A DNA stretch of 64,000 nucleotides, taken from contig CACBON010000004.1 in assembly GCA_902540805.1 (NCBI GenBank), positions 25,320-89,319 on the forward strand. Direction: 5' to 3'. Of the stretch, positions 1 to 9,663 are shown piece after piece. Position 1 is the stretch's first letter. Each line of letters starts with the position of its first letter. Source of the stretch: an uncultured Alphaproteobacteria bacterium. Its GTDB lineage: Bacteria; Pseudomonadota; Alphaproteobacteria; Methylaequorales; Methylaequoraceae. A program made the position numbers and the translations under genes. The notes beneath the pieces are model-generated. The model ran no database searches and was not told the origin of the DNA. It was given only the letters and a program-made list of their open reading frames with translations.

Positions 1-143
1 ATCATTTCTTGATTTTTAATGTTTGGATCATCGTGCCAAACTAACTCCGTGTTGACATTCATATATTTTTGAACTGCAATATCTAAGTCTCTATCGCAAT
101 TTGAACCTGGGAAAACGACAATTGAAACAACTTTTTTTGGCAC
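1..143 (-). CDS. purQ: Phosphoribosylformylglycinamidine synthase, glutaminase subunit PurQ (N-terminal part, runs off left edge)
   Basis: The reverse strand from GTG at 141-143 reads VPKKVVSIVVFPGSNCDRDLDIAVQKYMNVNTELVWHDD with no stop up to the window edge. VFPGSNCDxD is the typical PurQ N-terminus. It lies 3 nt downstream of purS, as in purS-purQ operons. Confidence 0.7.
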   Translation of the reverse strand, partial: MPKKVVSIVVFPGSNCDRDLDIAVQKYMNVNTELVWHDDPNIKNQEM

Positions 144-146
144 AAG

Positions 147-404
147 TTATTTCTTTATAATTTTAAAATTTTCAATTATAGGATTTGATAGCAAATCTGA
201 GCTAATTTTTTCTAAATCTCCTAATGTGTTTTTTGATGAAGAAATTTCAATATCAAAAAACTTCCCTTTTGAAATATTTTTAATAGTTTTATAACCCATA
301 CTATCAATTGTTCTTTTAATTGCCTCTGCTTCGGGATCCAAAATACCTTTTTTAAAATTTATATAAACTCTATAGATCATTTTTAATAACTTTCTTAAAT
401 TCAT
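147..404 (-). CDS. purS: Phosphoribosylformylglycinamidine synthase subunit PurS
   Basis: Small ORF ([28 protein letters not shown]...) of PurS size and pattern, located between purC and purQ. The internal ATG at 380 (MIYRV...) is the more likely true start. Confidence 0.85.
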   Translation of the reverse strand: MNLRKLLKMIYRVYINFKKGILDPEAEAIKRTIDSMGYKTIKNISKGKFFDIEISSSKNTLGDLEKISSDLLSNPIIENFKIIKK

Positions 405-1128
405 TTTCCGATAAAACTCCTAATCTGTATGCGACTTCTTTATATGCCTTCCCAACCTCACCTAAATCTTGCCTAAATCTATCCTTGTCCAGTTTTTTGT
501 TAGTTTTTACATCCCATAATCTACAGTTATCTGGACTTATTTCATCAGCAACTATAACTGAAGCTTCCTCGTTATCCCAATATCGCCCAAATTCAAGTTT
601 AAAGTCTACAAGCCTGATATTCAGAGAAAAGAAGTAACCTGTTAAAAAATCGTTAATGCGTGAACTTAAAGAAATAATTTCCTCAAGTTCATTTGGTGTA
701 GCCCATTCAAAAACTATTATGTGTTCTTCATTTATAATCGGATCATTTAATTTATCATTTTTTAAGTAAAACTCAATTATAGGTCTATTTAATACTTTTC
801 CCTCTTTTATACCCAATCTTTGAACTAATGATCCTGTTGCAATGTTTCTAACAACTACCTCAATTGGTATTATATCCAATTTCTTGATAAGTTGTTCTCT
901 CATATTCATTCTTTTTATTAAGTGATTTGAAATGTTAACGTCTCTTAATCTTGTCATTATCAACTCCGAAATGAAGTTATTTAATACACCTTTTCCTGGA
1001 ATCTGATCTTTCTTTTTGTTATTGAATGCAGTTGCGTCATCCTTGAAATATTGAATCAATGTATTTGGTTCTGGACCTTGATAAAGTATTTTAGCTTTTC
1101 CTTCGTATATTTTTTTTCTATTTTTCAT
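370..1128 (-). CDS. purC: Phosphoribosylaminoimidazole-succinocarboxamide (SAICAR) synthase
   Basis: 252 aa. [10 protein letters not shown]-terminus, [14 protein letters not shown] and LVDFKLEFG blocks are typical of PurC. Sits in a pur operon context. Confidence 0.95.
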   Translation of the reverse strand: MKNRKKIYEGKAKILYQGPEPNTLIQYFKDDATAFNNKKKDQIPGKGVLNNFISELIMTRLRDVNISNHLIKRMNMREQLIKKLDIIPIEVVVRNIATGSLVQRLGIKEGKVLNRPIIEFYLKNDKLNDPIINEEHIIVFEWATPNELEEIISLSSRINDFLTGYFFSLNIRLVDFKLEFGRYWDNEEASVIVADEISPDNCRLWDVKTNKKLDKDRFRQDLGEVGKAYKEVAYRLGVLSENEFKKVIKNDL

Positions 1129-2417
1129 CCAAGAACTTTCTTGTAAATAGCATTAATATTTTTTAAAAAATATTTCAAATCAAACAATTCATTAATCTCT
1201 CTAACATTCAATAAAGATTTAACTTCATTATTTTTTTCTAATAATTTTTTAAAACTTTTATTTTCTTTCCATGCTTTTAAAGCTATCTTCTGAACAATTT
1301 TATAAGCTGATTCTCTTGAAATATTTTTTTCAATTAGCTTCAGCATTACTCTTTGTGAGTTAAAAAGTCCATTAGTTTTTTCAAGGTTGTAGAACATCAT
1401 TTTTTTATCAACTACTAAATTTTCTACAATATTATTCATTCTACTTAGTGCAAAATCACATAATATGATTGTATCAGGTCCGAGTGTTCTCTCAACTGAC
1501 GAGTGAGAGATATCTCTTTCATGCCAGAGTGAAATGTTCTCCATGAAAGGAATACAACTTGCCCTTATGACTCTTGCAATTCCAGTAAGGTTTTCACTTA
1601 AAACTGGATTTTTTTTATGGGGCATCGCAGAAGAGCCTTTTTGATCTTTAGAAAAAAATTCCTCTACTTCCCTTACCTCACTTCTGTGAAGATGTCTAAA
1701 TTCAATTGCTAAATTTTCAATTGAAGAAGCAATCATTGCTAAAGCTGTGAAAAAGAATGCATGTCTATCTCTAGGAATAATCTGTGTCGAAACATCCTCA
1801 GTCTTTAGTCTAAGTTTTTTTGCTACAAAACTTTCAATAGAGGGATCAATATTAGCATAAGTTCCAACTGCACCTGAAATACTGCAAATGGAAATTTGTT
1901 TTTCAGCATCACAAAGTCTTTTATAATGTCTTTCAAATTCACAATATTTGCCTAACATTTTTAATCCAAAAGTTGTTGGTTCTGCAAAAATGCCGTGGCT
2001 TCTTCCTATGCAAGCTATATTTTTAAAATTTAGAGACTTTTCTTTAAGATTGTTTAATAACCTTTTTAACTCTCTTTTCAAAATTGAGCATGACTGCTTC
2101 AATTGAATTGAAAAAGCCGTATCTATAATATCAGAGGATGTTACGCCCATGTGAACAAACCTAGAGTCGTGTCCAATATTTTCTCCAATGTTTGTTAAAA
2201 AAGCTATTACGTCGTGTTTTACATCTTTTTCTATAACATCAATTCTATCAATATCAAAACGAGCATTCTTTTTTATAGTTTTGAAAGAATCTTTAGGAAT
2301 ATCACCTCTATTGGAAAGTGCTTCACAAATTAGCAATTCAATTTTTAGCCAAATGTTAAATTTATTTTCTGGCTCCCAAATTTTTGAGATTTCTTTTCTT
2401 TTATATCTTGGAATCAT
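1125..2417 (-). CDS. purB: Adenylosuccinate lyase
   Basis: [20 protein letters not shown]... aligns with the Bacillus-type PurB N-terminus, and the [11 protein letters not shown] fumarate-lyase signature is present. Start placed at the ATG at 2417; the longest ORF would reach 2471. Confidence 0.95.
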   Translation of the reverse strand: MIPRYKRKEISKIWEPENKFNIWLKIELLICEALSNRGDIPKDSFKTIKKNARFDIDRIDVIEKDVKHDVIAFLTNIGENIGHDSRFVHMGVTSSDIIDTAFSIQLKQSCSILKRELKRLLNNLKEKSLNFKNIACIGRSHGIFAEPTTFGLKMLGKYCEFERHYKRLCDAEKQISICSISGAVGTYANIDPSIESFVAKKLRLKTEDVSTQIIPRDRHAFFFTALAMIASSIENLAIEFRHLHRSEVREVEEFFSKDQKGSSAMPHKKNPVLSENLTGIARVIRASCIPFMENISLWHERDISHSSVERTLGPDTIILCDFALSRMNNIVENLVVDKKMMFYNLEKTNGLFNSQRVMLKLIEKNISRESAYKIVQKIALKAWKENKSFKKLLEKNNEVKSLLNVREINELFDLKYFLKNINAIYKKVLG

Positions 2418-3204
2418 TTTTTGTATATGGAGGAAATTTAAAGTTTCTCTTTGAAAGAGTAAATATTTCATATCCTGTTTTTGTTACTCCTACTGTATGC
2501 TCAAATTGTGCAGATAATGATTTATCAGATGTAACTGCAGTCCAACCATCTGAAAGAACTTTTACTTTATAATCTCCAATATTAATCATTGGCTCTACAG
2601 TAAAAAACATTCCTTCTTGCAACAATTCTCCTTCTCCGGGTTTTCCAAAATGAAGAACACTGGGGTTATCATGAAAAACTTTACCTAAACCATGACCACA
2701 GAAATCTCTAACTATTGAATAGTTTTTTTTTTCAGCATATACCTGAATTGCATTTCCAATATCTCCAAATGTGTTTCCAGGTTTAATTTTTTCAATACCT
2801 TTCATCATTGCTTCATAAGTAGTTTCAACAAGTTTAATAGCTTTCAGTTTAACTTTACCTACATAAAACATTCTACTTGTATCTCCATGCCACCCATTCA
2901 AAACTGGTGTGACATCAATATTTATAATATCGCCATCTTGCAAAACTTTATCCCCTGGTATTCCGTGACATACTACGTGATTAACAGACGTACAAACAGA
3001 CTTAGGAAACCCTTTGTAATTCAATGGAGCAGGCCTTGCCCCTCTACTCACTTGATACTCGTGACAAATATCGTTAAGTTTAGAAGTGGAAATACCAGGT
3101 TCAATGAAATCAGTAACGTAATCAAGGCATTCAGCCGCAAGTTGTCCAGCTTTTCGCATAAACTCGAATTCATCTTTGGTATGTAATTTAATATTGTTAT
3201 TCAT
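2401..3204 (-). CDS. map: Methionine aminopeptidase type I
   Basis: 267 aa with VCHGIP, DIINIDVT, GHGLG and FTVEPM blocks characteristic of MetAP-I. Confidence 0.95.
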   Translation of the reverse strand: MNNNIKLHTKDEFEFMRKAGQLAAECLDYVTDFIEPGISTSKLNDICHEYQVSRGARPAPLNYKGFPKSVCTSVNHVVCHGIPGDKVLQDGDIINIDVTPVLNGWHGDTSRMFYVGKVKLKAIKLVETTYEAMMKGIEKIKPGNTFGDIGNAIQVYAEKKNYSIVRDFCGHGLGKVFHDNPSVLHFGKPGEGELLQEGMFFTVEPMINIGDYKVKVLSDGWTAVTSDKSLSAQFEHTVGVTKTGYEIFTLSKRNFKFPPYTKNDSKI

Positions 3205-3252
3205 TAAAAGATCAATTTATAATAAAAATTTAAAAACTTACAGAAATATTTT

Positions 3253-3999
3253 ATGAAAAAAAAAAGAAAAACTTCAGGTATAATAATAATTGGTAATGAG
3301 ATTTTATCTGGTAAAACTCTCGAAAAAAATTCAAATTTTATGTGTAAAGAATTATTTCGTATTGGGGTATCCTGTGAGGAAATAGTGATTATAAAAGATG
3401 ATAAATCAAGAATTATAGAAAAATTAAATAATTTTAGAAAAAAGTATAGTTATGTTTTCACGTCAGGTGGAATTGGTCCAACACATGATGATATTACTTC
3501 AGACTCTGTGGCTTGTGCTCTTGGAAAAAAATTGATTTTAAATACTGAAGCTAAAAGGCGTCTTGAAAAACATTATGCCGATGATGTATTGACAAAGGCA
3601 CGATTAAAAATGGCTTATATGCCAGAAAATTCAACTTTAATAGATAATCCGGTTAGTGTTGCTCCAGGATTTTCTATACAAAATATTTTTGTATTTCCAG
3701 GAGTACCAAAAATTATGCAAGTAATGTTTAAAGAAAAAGTTAAATCATTTGACGAGGGGCTGAGGTATTATAAAAAAACAATCTCAACAACTCTATCAGA
3801 GGGAATTATTGGCGAATATATTGAAAAAATACAAAACAAATTTAATACATTAGAAATTGGAAGTTACCCCTATTTTAAAAAAAATTCATTTGGCGTTTCT
3901 CTTGTTATCAAAGGAGAGAAAGAATTAGAAGTATCGAAAGCTAGCAACGAAATTTACAATTATATAGAATCTATAAATGGTAATCCTGAGATTTTTTAG
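3253..3999 (+). CDS. CinA-like molybdopterin-binding (MoCF-biosynthesis domain) protein, without PncC domain
   Basis: IIIGNEILSGKT...FTSGGIGPTHDDIT matches the CinA/MoaB-type N-terminal domain. At 248 aa it lacks a C-terminal deamidase domain. Confidence 0.8.
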   Translation: MKKKRKTSGIIIIGNEILSGKTLEKNSNFMCKELFRIGVSCEEIVIIKDDKSRIIEKLNNFRKKYSYVFTSGGIGPTHDDITSDSVACALGKKLILNTEAKRRLEKHYADDVLTKARLKMAYMPENSTLIDNPVSVAPGFSIQNIFVFPGVPKIMQVMFKEKVKSFDEGLRYYKKTISTTLSEGIIGEYIEKIQNKFNTLEIGSYPYFKKNSFGVSLVIKGEKELEVSKASNEIYNYIESINGNPEIF

Positions 4000-4418
4000 T
4001 CTTGTCTATTTTTGATGTAATTTGAAATTTCTAGTTCAATTAATTTATTTAAATTTCGCTTTAACCAGGAATCCAAGAGTAAACGAAATTCAACTTCTAT
4101 CGTTTTCTTGTTGGGGTTAGAAAAATTATTTGAAAAACTTTTCAAATTAGATTTTTTAATTGTTTTTTTAAAATTTATGTTTTGCCAGCTATGAAAACTT
4201 TTTAATTGCTTTTCTTCGGTTGAATTAATTTGTAACTGAGAATTAGTATTTGAATTTTTATTTACTTTTATAGTGTCTTCTGTTTGAATTTTTTCTATTT
4301 CCGGATAGATGTTTTTTGGTAAATCTTTGTTTATAACAAATTCATATTCATTTTTTGCTTCATTAATTAAACTGACTATAGAGCTAAGCAGCTCATTTAT
4401 AGATTTATTTTTACTCAT
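3996..4418 (-). CDS. Hypothetical protein with DUF2497/PopZ-like C-terminal motif
   Basis: 140 aa, low-complexity N/S/K-rich middle region. The C-terminus LLLDSWLKRNLNKLIELEISNYIK resembles the conserved PopZ/DUF2497 tail (LL.EWLD.NLP.IVE..V.EE..RI). Confidence 0.45.
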   Translation of the reverse strand: MSKNKSINELLSSIVSLINEAKNEYEFVINKDLPKNIYPEIEKIQTEDTIKVNKNSNTNSQLQINSTEEKQLKSFHSWQNINFKKTIKKSNLKSFSNNFSNPNKKTIEVEFRLLLDSWLKRNLNKLIELEISNYIKNRQD

Positions 4419-4537
4419 ATCTTCTAACCTTATACTCTAGAATGTTAAAATTTTAAGTCAAAAAATAAAAACATTTGATAAGTAAAAAAAACGGGTGACT
4501 GTTATATTTAACAAATATATTGATATACTGTAAGTAA

Positions 4538-4987
4538 ATGTCTGTTATACCAAATGAAATAATACCATACGCCTTCGTCTTTATTTTAATGATCTTCCTT
4601 TTAGCATTAAAGAAGACAAAAAGCTCTGCTAAATTATTTGATGCTGAAAAAAAATTAGAGGTATTTGATGACGATAAGAAAATAATACTTGAAGCAGCTG
4701 AGCAAAAACTTTTAGCACTCAAAGATTTATATCTTCAGGAATTAATAGATGTTAAAGTCTACTTAAAAAAAACAGAATTGGTAGCTTCAAATTTAAGCAA
4801 TGAAATGGGTGAAAATATGATGGAAATACATGAACTTCAAAAAAAAATCGTATACAACGATTTAAAAAAAGAAATAAAAAAGAAAATTGATTTTCAAACT
4901 ACTACTGAATCAAAAACTAATATTGACAGATTAATATTAGCAGTAGATAAAAAAATTAAAACTGGAGAAATGCATGAGGAAAAGTAA
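4538..4987 (+). CDS. Hypothetical membrane-anchored coiled-coil protein (SHOCT-like segment)
   Basis: N-terminal hydrophobic helix (IIPYAFVFILMIFLLAL). The segment LLALKDLYLQELIDVKVYLKKTEL resembles a SHOCT motif. The rest is charged and coiled-coil-like. Confidence 0.4.
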   Translation: MSVIPNEIIPYAFVFILMIFLLALKKTKSSAKLFDAEKKLEVFDDDKKIILEAAEQKLLALKDLYLQELIDVKVYLKKTELVASNLSNEMGENMMEIHELQKKIVYNDLKKEIKKKIDFQTTTESKTNIDRLILAVDKKIKTGEMHEEK

Positions 4988-5174
4988 CTCTGAAATCTTA
5001 AATAAGGTCAAGAACATTGTTAATGAAAAAAAAAAAACAAATCCTTCTAATAATAATTTATCAAATAATAAAACAAACGAAACAAGAAAGTTTTTAGAGC
5101 GATGGATCGAGGTTAATGCGGAAAAAATAACAAAAGAAATAATAAAAGAAGAAGTAAAAAAAATTTTTAAGTAA
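4974..5174 (+). CDS. Small hypothetical protein with PopZ/DUF2497-like C-terminal motif
   Basis: 66 aa. The C-terminus FLERWIEVNAEKITKEIIKEEVKKIF aligns position by position with the PopZ tail pattern. Overlaps the preceding ORF by 14 nt in another frame. Confidence 0.35.
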   Translation: MRKSNSEILNKVKNIVNEKKKTNPSNNNLSNNKTNETRKFLERWIEVNAEKITKEIIKEEVKKIFK

Positions 5175-5658
5175 TTTTTTAAAATACAAAAAATCTTATT
5201 TTATTAAATGTTTCTTTCAGAAATTAATTTGTTTTTAAGAAATTAGAAAATCAATGTCTATTGTATCTATTATTTGCTAAGGAATGGGCAATCAACATGT
5301 AGCGTTTGTTAATATATAGTCAATCGTTTTTATGTATTCAATTGAATCGAAAGAAAAACCTATTTTTCAATTACAAAAGCCTTAATCATAAATATTATCT
5401 TTTTACTCATTGAATACAGAAATATTTGAGTAGCAATATCTAATTATAAAATCAAGATAAACTAAAGTATTTTCAATAGTCGTTTATTGCAAAATGAAAC
5501 TGTATATGTTTCTTGTTTAATTCAATATTCATTATGATATAAAGTATTTAATATTAATATAATGACTAGGAATAAAGAGTAAAATGAGCCTTGATAACAT
5601 ACCTATGGATATTTGTATAAAGTTAAATTTTATTTTTTATAACCTTTTTTTGATGCTT

Positions 5659-5747
5659 GCGAGCGTGCTGAAATTGGTAAACAGACAGGACTTAAAATCC
5701 TGCGGGTGGCAACACCCTTGTGGGTTCAAGTCCCACCGCTCGCACCA
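5659..5747 (+). tRNA. tRNA-Leu (anticodon UAA), CCA encoded
   Basis: Manual fold. Acceptor stem GCGAGCG/CGCTCGC and D-arm CTG-AAATTGGTAAA-CAG. Anticodon stem CAGGA/TCCTG with loop CTTAAAA. Long variable arm GGGTG-GCAA-CACCC, T-arm GTGGG-TTCAAGT-CCCAC, then A-CCA. Confidence 0.9.
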
Positions 5748-5756
5748 ATAAGAAAG

Positions 5757-6467
5757 ATGAAATTAAATAACTACACACTTATAGCATTTTCCTTTTCAAT
5801 TTTATTGAGCGGTTTTAACGTAAGGGGAGATGATATAGAAGGAAAAATTAAGGATTTTATTTTGAAAAATCCAGAAGTAATAATCGAATCCCTTCAAAAG
5901 TTTGAAGTAAAAAAAGAAAATGAAAAAAAACTAGAGAATAAAAATAAGATTAATACATTGAGTAAACAGATTTACAATTCTGAAAGTCTATTTGAAGGAA
6001 ATAAACTGTCTAATAAGATTATTGTAGAGTTTTTTGACTATAATTGCTCATATTGTAGAAGAGCTCACCAAGATTTAAAAAAAATAATTAGCGAGGATAA
6101 AAATATAAAAGTTATTTACAAAAATTATCCCATTCTTTCAGAAAATTCTATTGAGCTAGCTAAGTATGCATTAATAATTTCAGAAATTGATAAAAAAAAA
6201 TTTGTAAAATTTCACAATTTGATTTTGACAAATAAAGGCAAGATTAATGATGATATTTTGATTTCAATTTTAAAGGAATTAAATATTGATAAAAATTACT
6301 TAGAGAACAAAATCAATGATGAGGAAATTAATCAAAAGCTTAAAAATGATATCGATTTAGCAAGAAATCTTGGTTTAAGAGGCACTCCTGCATTCATAAT
6401 TTCAGATGAGATCTTTTTTGGATACATAGATAAAGATGATATGGTTTCAATACTAAATCAGCAATAA
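5757..6467 (+). CDS. DsbA-family periplasmic thiol:disulfide oxidoreductase
   Basis: Signal-like N-terminus, thioredoxin CxxC motif (FFDYNCSYCRRAH) and C-terminal GTPAFII block. Start moved to the ATG at 5757 because the longer ORF overlaps the tRNA. Confidence 0.8.
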   Translation: MKLNNYTLIAFSFSILLSGFNVRGDDIEGKIKDFILKNPEVIIESLQKFEVKKENEKKLENKNKINTLSKQIYNSESLFEGNKLSNKIIVEFFDYNCSYCRRAHQDLKKIISEDKNIKVIYKNYPILSENSIELAKYALIISEIDKKKFVKFHNLILTNKGKINDDILISILKELNIDKNYLENKINDEEINQKLKNDIDLARNLGLRGTPAFIISDEIFFGYIDKDDMVSILNQQ

Positions 6468-6904
6468 AGATTCTGTTTAGCTTCACTTTTAAATTTTGCC
6501 GCGAATCCATTACTGTAAAGAATCTTTTTACCAAACTGACTTAAAAAAACGTTATGGTTAACTAGCGCATCCATCTCTCTCAAATGTTTTTTTGTTCTAT
6601 CTTCGTAGTTTACAAATATTTCTTGATCTTCTTGTAATATGTGAATCAGTTCGTGAAGTAAAATTCCTCTGTGACAAATATCATCCATTGGGGAAAGTGT
6701 ATCAGCCAAAAAAATTGTATATTTAGGATTATCTGGTGTTAATGCTAATATTTCACATTCCCTACCACACGCCATTTCTGCTAATGCTTTTTGTTCAATA
6801 AACTGAATTTTTGGGAATGTTTTTGGTTCTTTGTAATCAGTATGGGTTGTGATCCATAAAAGTAATGCTAGTATTAGCTCATTAAATGTTTCAAATTTTT
6901 CCAT
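6458..6904 (-). CDS. Hypothetical protein with HExxH zinc-metallopeptidase-like motif
   Basis: 148 aa, hydrophobic N-terminus and a single GILLHELIHILQ motif. I recognise no further family. Confidence 0.45.
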   Translation of the reverse strand: MEKFETFNELILALLLWITTHTDYKEPKTFPKIQFIEQKALAEMACGRECEILALTPDNPKYTIFLADTLSPMDDICHRGILLHELIHILQEDQEIFVNYEDRTKKHLREMDALVNHNVFLSQFGKKILYSNGFAAKFKSEAKQNLYC

Positions 6905-6916
6905 TATATTATACTC

Positions 6917-7858
6917 ATGATTAAAAAATTATTTATTCATCGTTCTCTTCCTGAAATGTATAACATAGATGTTGGAGATGACAATAAAATTTATACTGAA
7001 GCCAGTGGAAAAAAAGACGGTATTCCTGTTATTTTTGTGCATGGTGGACCTGGGGGACAATGTCGTAGTGAACATCACTCACTTTTTAATCCTCAGATAT
7101 TTAGATCAATTATTTTTGACCAAAGGGGATGCGGTAAGAGTATCCCGTACAGATCTTTAGAAGGAAATAATACTGAAAATTTAGTTGAAGATATTGAAAA
7201 AATAAGAGATTTTTTCAAAATAAAAAAATTTCTAATTGTTGGTGGGTCATGGGGTGCTACGTTAGCAATAAAATATGCCCTAAAGTTTCCCAAAAATTTA
7301 ATTGGTGTTCTTTTAAGGTCAGTTTTTCTTGGAACAATTAATGAGATAAATTGGGCATTCATTGATGGTCCTAAAAATTTTGCTCCAAACTTGTATAAAA
7401 CATTTGAAAAATATTCGAACGGTAAAGAAATAATTGATTCATATTACAAAAAAATTTTAAAAGAAAATTCTAAGGTCCATTCATGGATTTGGCATGACTA
7501 TGAAAGAATTTTATCTCAATTAAATCCTAAAAATTATTTCTTTGAATCTGAAGAAGAGTTACTCAAGAGAGAAGGTCTTCCAAATTCGCCATTCATGGAA
7601 TTACATTTCATAAAAAATAATTTTTTTATGGAAGATAATGAAATAGTTAAAAAAATTTCGAAAATAAAAAATTTACCTTCGTTTATCGTTCAAGGAAGAT
7701 ATGATCTTATATGTCCGCCAGTAAATGCTTATAAACTTCATGAAAATTGGAAATCTTCTGAAATAAAGTTTGTTAATACAGCAGGACACTCTTCCTCTGA
7801 TGAAGGCATAATTGATAATTTGTTGATAGGTTTAAAAAAATTAACTGAGCATCTTTAA
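6917..7858 (+). CDS. pip: Proline iminopeptidase (alpha/beta hydrolase)
   Basis: VHGGPGG, FDQRGCGKS and GGSWGATLA nucleophile-elbow blocks are typical of prolyl aminopeptidase. Confidence 0.9.
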   Translation: MIKKLFIHRSLPEMYNIDVGDDNKIYTEASGKKDGIPVIFVHGGPGGQCRSEHHSLFNPQIFRSIIFDQRGCGKSIPYRSLEGNNTENLVEDIEKIRDFFKIKKFLIVGGSWGATLAIKYALKFPKNLIGVLLRSVFLGTINEINWAFIDGPKNFAPNLYKTFEKYSNGKEIIDSYYKKILKENSKVHSWIWHDYERILSQLNPKNYFFESEEELLKREGLPNSPFMELHFIKNNFFMEDNEIVKKISKIKNLPSFIVQGRYDLICPPVNAYKLHENWKSSEIKFVNTAGHSSSDEGIIDNLLIGLKKLTEHL

Positions 7859-8947
7859 TTCGTATAGAACATAATTATTTTTTTCCTTTTTTATCAATTC
7901 ACTTTTAAGTTTTTCTTTGCTTTTCTTCTCCATTAGCTGAAACAACGACCAAACACAAGCACCCCTTACTAAACTACTTTTATTATTAATATGACTGAGA
8001 ATGTATTTTATTAATTTTTTATTTTTGCTATTTCCAGAAGCAATAATTATGTTTCTTAGAAACCTATTCCAACCTATTCTTTTTACAGAAGAATTATGAA
8101 AGTATGTTTTGAAGTGTTCTTCACTGAATTTTAAGAAAAATAATAAATCATTTTTGTCATTCGATATAAGTTTTTTCTCACCTGTTTCAGTCGCAAACTT
8201 ATTCCAAGGACAAATAGATAAACAATCGTCGCAACCATATATTTTGTTTCCAATCAACTTTCGTAAACTTATTGGAATTGGACCTTTATTTTCTATCGTT
8301 AAATATGAAATACATCTTTTAGAGTCAATTTTATAATTGCCTAAAATTGCGTTTGTAGGACATATTTCTAAACATTTCACACATGATCCACATCCATTAA
8401 TAATATTTTTTGTTTCATTTATTTTTATAGGGAGAAATATTTCTGCTAGAAATAACCAAGATCCAAAACTTTTTGAAACAATGTTAGTATGTTTACCTTG
8501 CCAACCTAAACCAGCCTTTTCAGCAAAATATTTTTCCATTATAGGTGAAGTGTCAACGAAGATTTTTGTTTCAAGATTATATTTGTCTTTAAACCAATAT
8601 TGTAAATTTTTCAATTTATTTTTAATTACGGAATGATAGTCTTCATCATGAGCATAAATACTAATATTTCCATGATTTTTGTCTTTGTTTAAAAGCAATG
8701 GATTCTCTTTAGGACCATAATTTTGTCCCAAAACAATAATAGTTTCTACTTTATCCCAAATTTTCTTTGGATTTGTTTTTTTTTCAAAATGCCTTTCTAA
8801 CCATTTCATATCTCCATGATAATTTTTATTTAGAAAATTTTTGTATCTTTGCTTTGTCTTTTCATCAACATACGGTTCTGAATAACCAATGGAATCAAAG
8901 CCGAGTTTAATAATTTCTTTTTGTATATTTTTTTTTAAATTCTTCAT
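7841..8947 (-). CDS. queG: Epoxyqueuosine reductase
   Basis: 368 aa. Two ferredoxin-type clusters (CGSCVKCLEICP, CDDCLSICPWNKF) and a HEAT-like C-terminus match QueG architecture. Adjacent to queC/E/D. Confidence 0.9.
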   Translation of the reverse strand: MKNLKKNIQKEIIKLGFDSIGYSEPYVDEKTKQRYKNFLNKNYHGDMKWLERHFEKKTNPKKIWDKVETIIVLGQNYGPKENPLLLNKDKNHGNISIYAHDEDYHSVIKNKLKNLQYWFKDKYNLETKIFVDTSPIMEKYFAEKAGLGWQGKHTNIVSKSFGSWLFLAEIFLPIKINETKNIINGCGSCVKCLEICPTNAILGNYKIDSKRCISYLTIENKGPIPISLRKLIGNKIYGCDDCLSICPWNKFATETGEKKLISNDKNDLLFFLKFSEEHFKTYFHNSSVKRIGWNRFLRNIIIASGNSKNKKLIKYILSHINNKSSLVRGACVWSLFQLMEKKSKEKLKSELIKKEKNNYVLYELKMLS

Positions 8948-8979
8948 TTTTTTATTTTGTTAAATATTATAATTATTAA

Positions 8980-9660
8980 ATGTCTAAAAAATCAAATAAA
9001 GCTTTAGTTCTTTTAAGTGGGGGCTTAGACTCCTCAGTTGTTTTATCAGTGTGCCAAGATAAAGGTTATGATATATATGCCATTTCCTTTGATTATGGTC
9101 AAAGACATAAGGTTGAATTAGAGTATGCAAAATTTCAAGCAACATTTTTTAATTGTATATCTCATGAAGTCTTTAAGATGGAATTCTACGGAGGTTCAGC
9201 ATTAACAGATGACATTAAGGTTCCTAAAAACAGAGATTCTCATTCAATGTCCAAAGATATTCCTGTTACATACGTTCCAAGTAGAAATATTGTATTTCTC
9301 TCTTTTGCCTCAGGATACGCTGAATGTCACGATATTGATAATATCTTTATAGGAGTAAATGCAATAGACTACTCAGGGTATCCTGATTGCAGAAAAAATT
9401 TTATAGATAATTTTGAAAAACTTATTAATAAATCTACCAAGAAGGGTTTAGAAGGGAGTAAATTTAAGATAAATACTCCTTTAATAAACTTATCCAAAAA
9501 AGACATTATTAAACTGGGTCATAAAAATGGTGTTGATTTTTCCATGACTTCGAGTTGTTATAGTCCAAAATTAAAAAAAAACTGTGGAGTATGTGATTCA
9601 TGCTTATTAAGAAAACAAGGGTTTGAGGAAGCCGGTTTAAGAGATCCAGCCAGAATTTAG
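8980..9660 (+). CDS. queC: 7-cyano-7-deazaguanine (preQ0) synthase
   Basis: LLSGGLDSSV PP-loop and C-terminal Cys cluster (CGVCDSCLLRKQGF) are typical of QueC. Confidence 0.95.
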   Translation: MSKKSNKALVLLSGGLDSSVVLSVCQDKGYDIYAISFDYGQRHKVELEYAKFQATFFNCISHEVFKMEFYGGSALTDDIKVPKNRDSHSMSKDIPVTYVPSRNIVFLSFASGYAECHDIDNIFIGVNAIDYSGYPDCRKNFIDNFEKLINKSTKKGLEGSKFKINTPLINLSKKDIIKLGHKNGVDFSMTSSCYSPKLKKNCGVCDSCLLRKQGFEEAGLRDPARI

Positions 9661-9663
9661 TTA

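Noticed and set aside
381-2471. Longest-ORF starts for purS (404) and purB (2471)
   Set aside because: Alignment of the N-termini with known PurS and PurB favours the internal ATGs at 380 and 2417. The extensions only add overlap with upstream genes.
2188-3186. Plus-strand ORFs 2188..2454, 2384..2572 and 2887..3186, antisense to purB and map
   Set aside because: They lie entirely inside well-supported conserved genes on the other strand. Their translations are low-complexity (F/I/S/L-rich) with no motifs, as expected for shadow ORFs in AT-rich DNA.
4453-4722. 89-aa minus-strand ORF spanning the 4419..4537 spacer and the start of ORF 4538..4987
   Set aside because: Its composition is shadow-ORF-like (F/S/I-rich) and it overlaps a plus-strand ORF with a plausible TM helix. 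No motif is present. It cannot be fully excluded.
5706-5756. GTG-initiated N-terminal extension of the DsbA-family ORF (MATPLWVQVPPLAPIRK)
   Set aside because: The extension is simply the translation of the 3' half of tRNA-Leu. The ATG at 5757 gives a normal signal peptide.
8948-8979. Possible preQ1 riboswitch upstream of queC
   Set aside because: The spacer is only 32 nt of almost pure A/T. That is too short and lacks the conserved stem-loop of preQ1-I/II/III aptamers.
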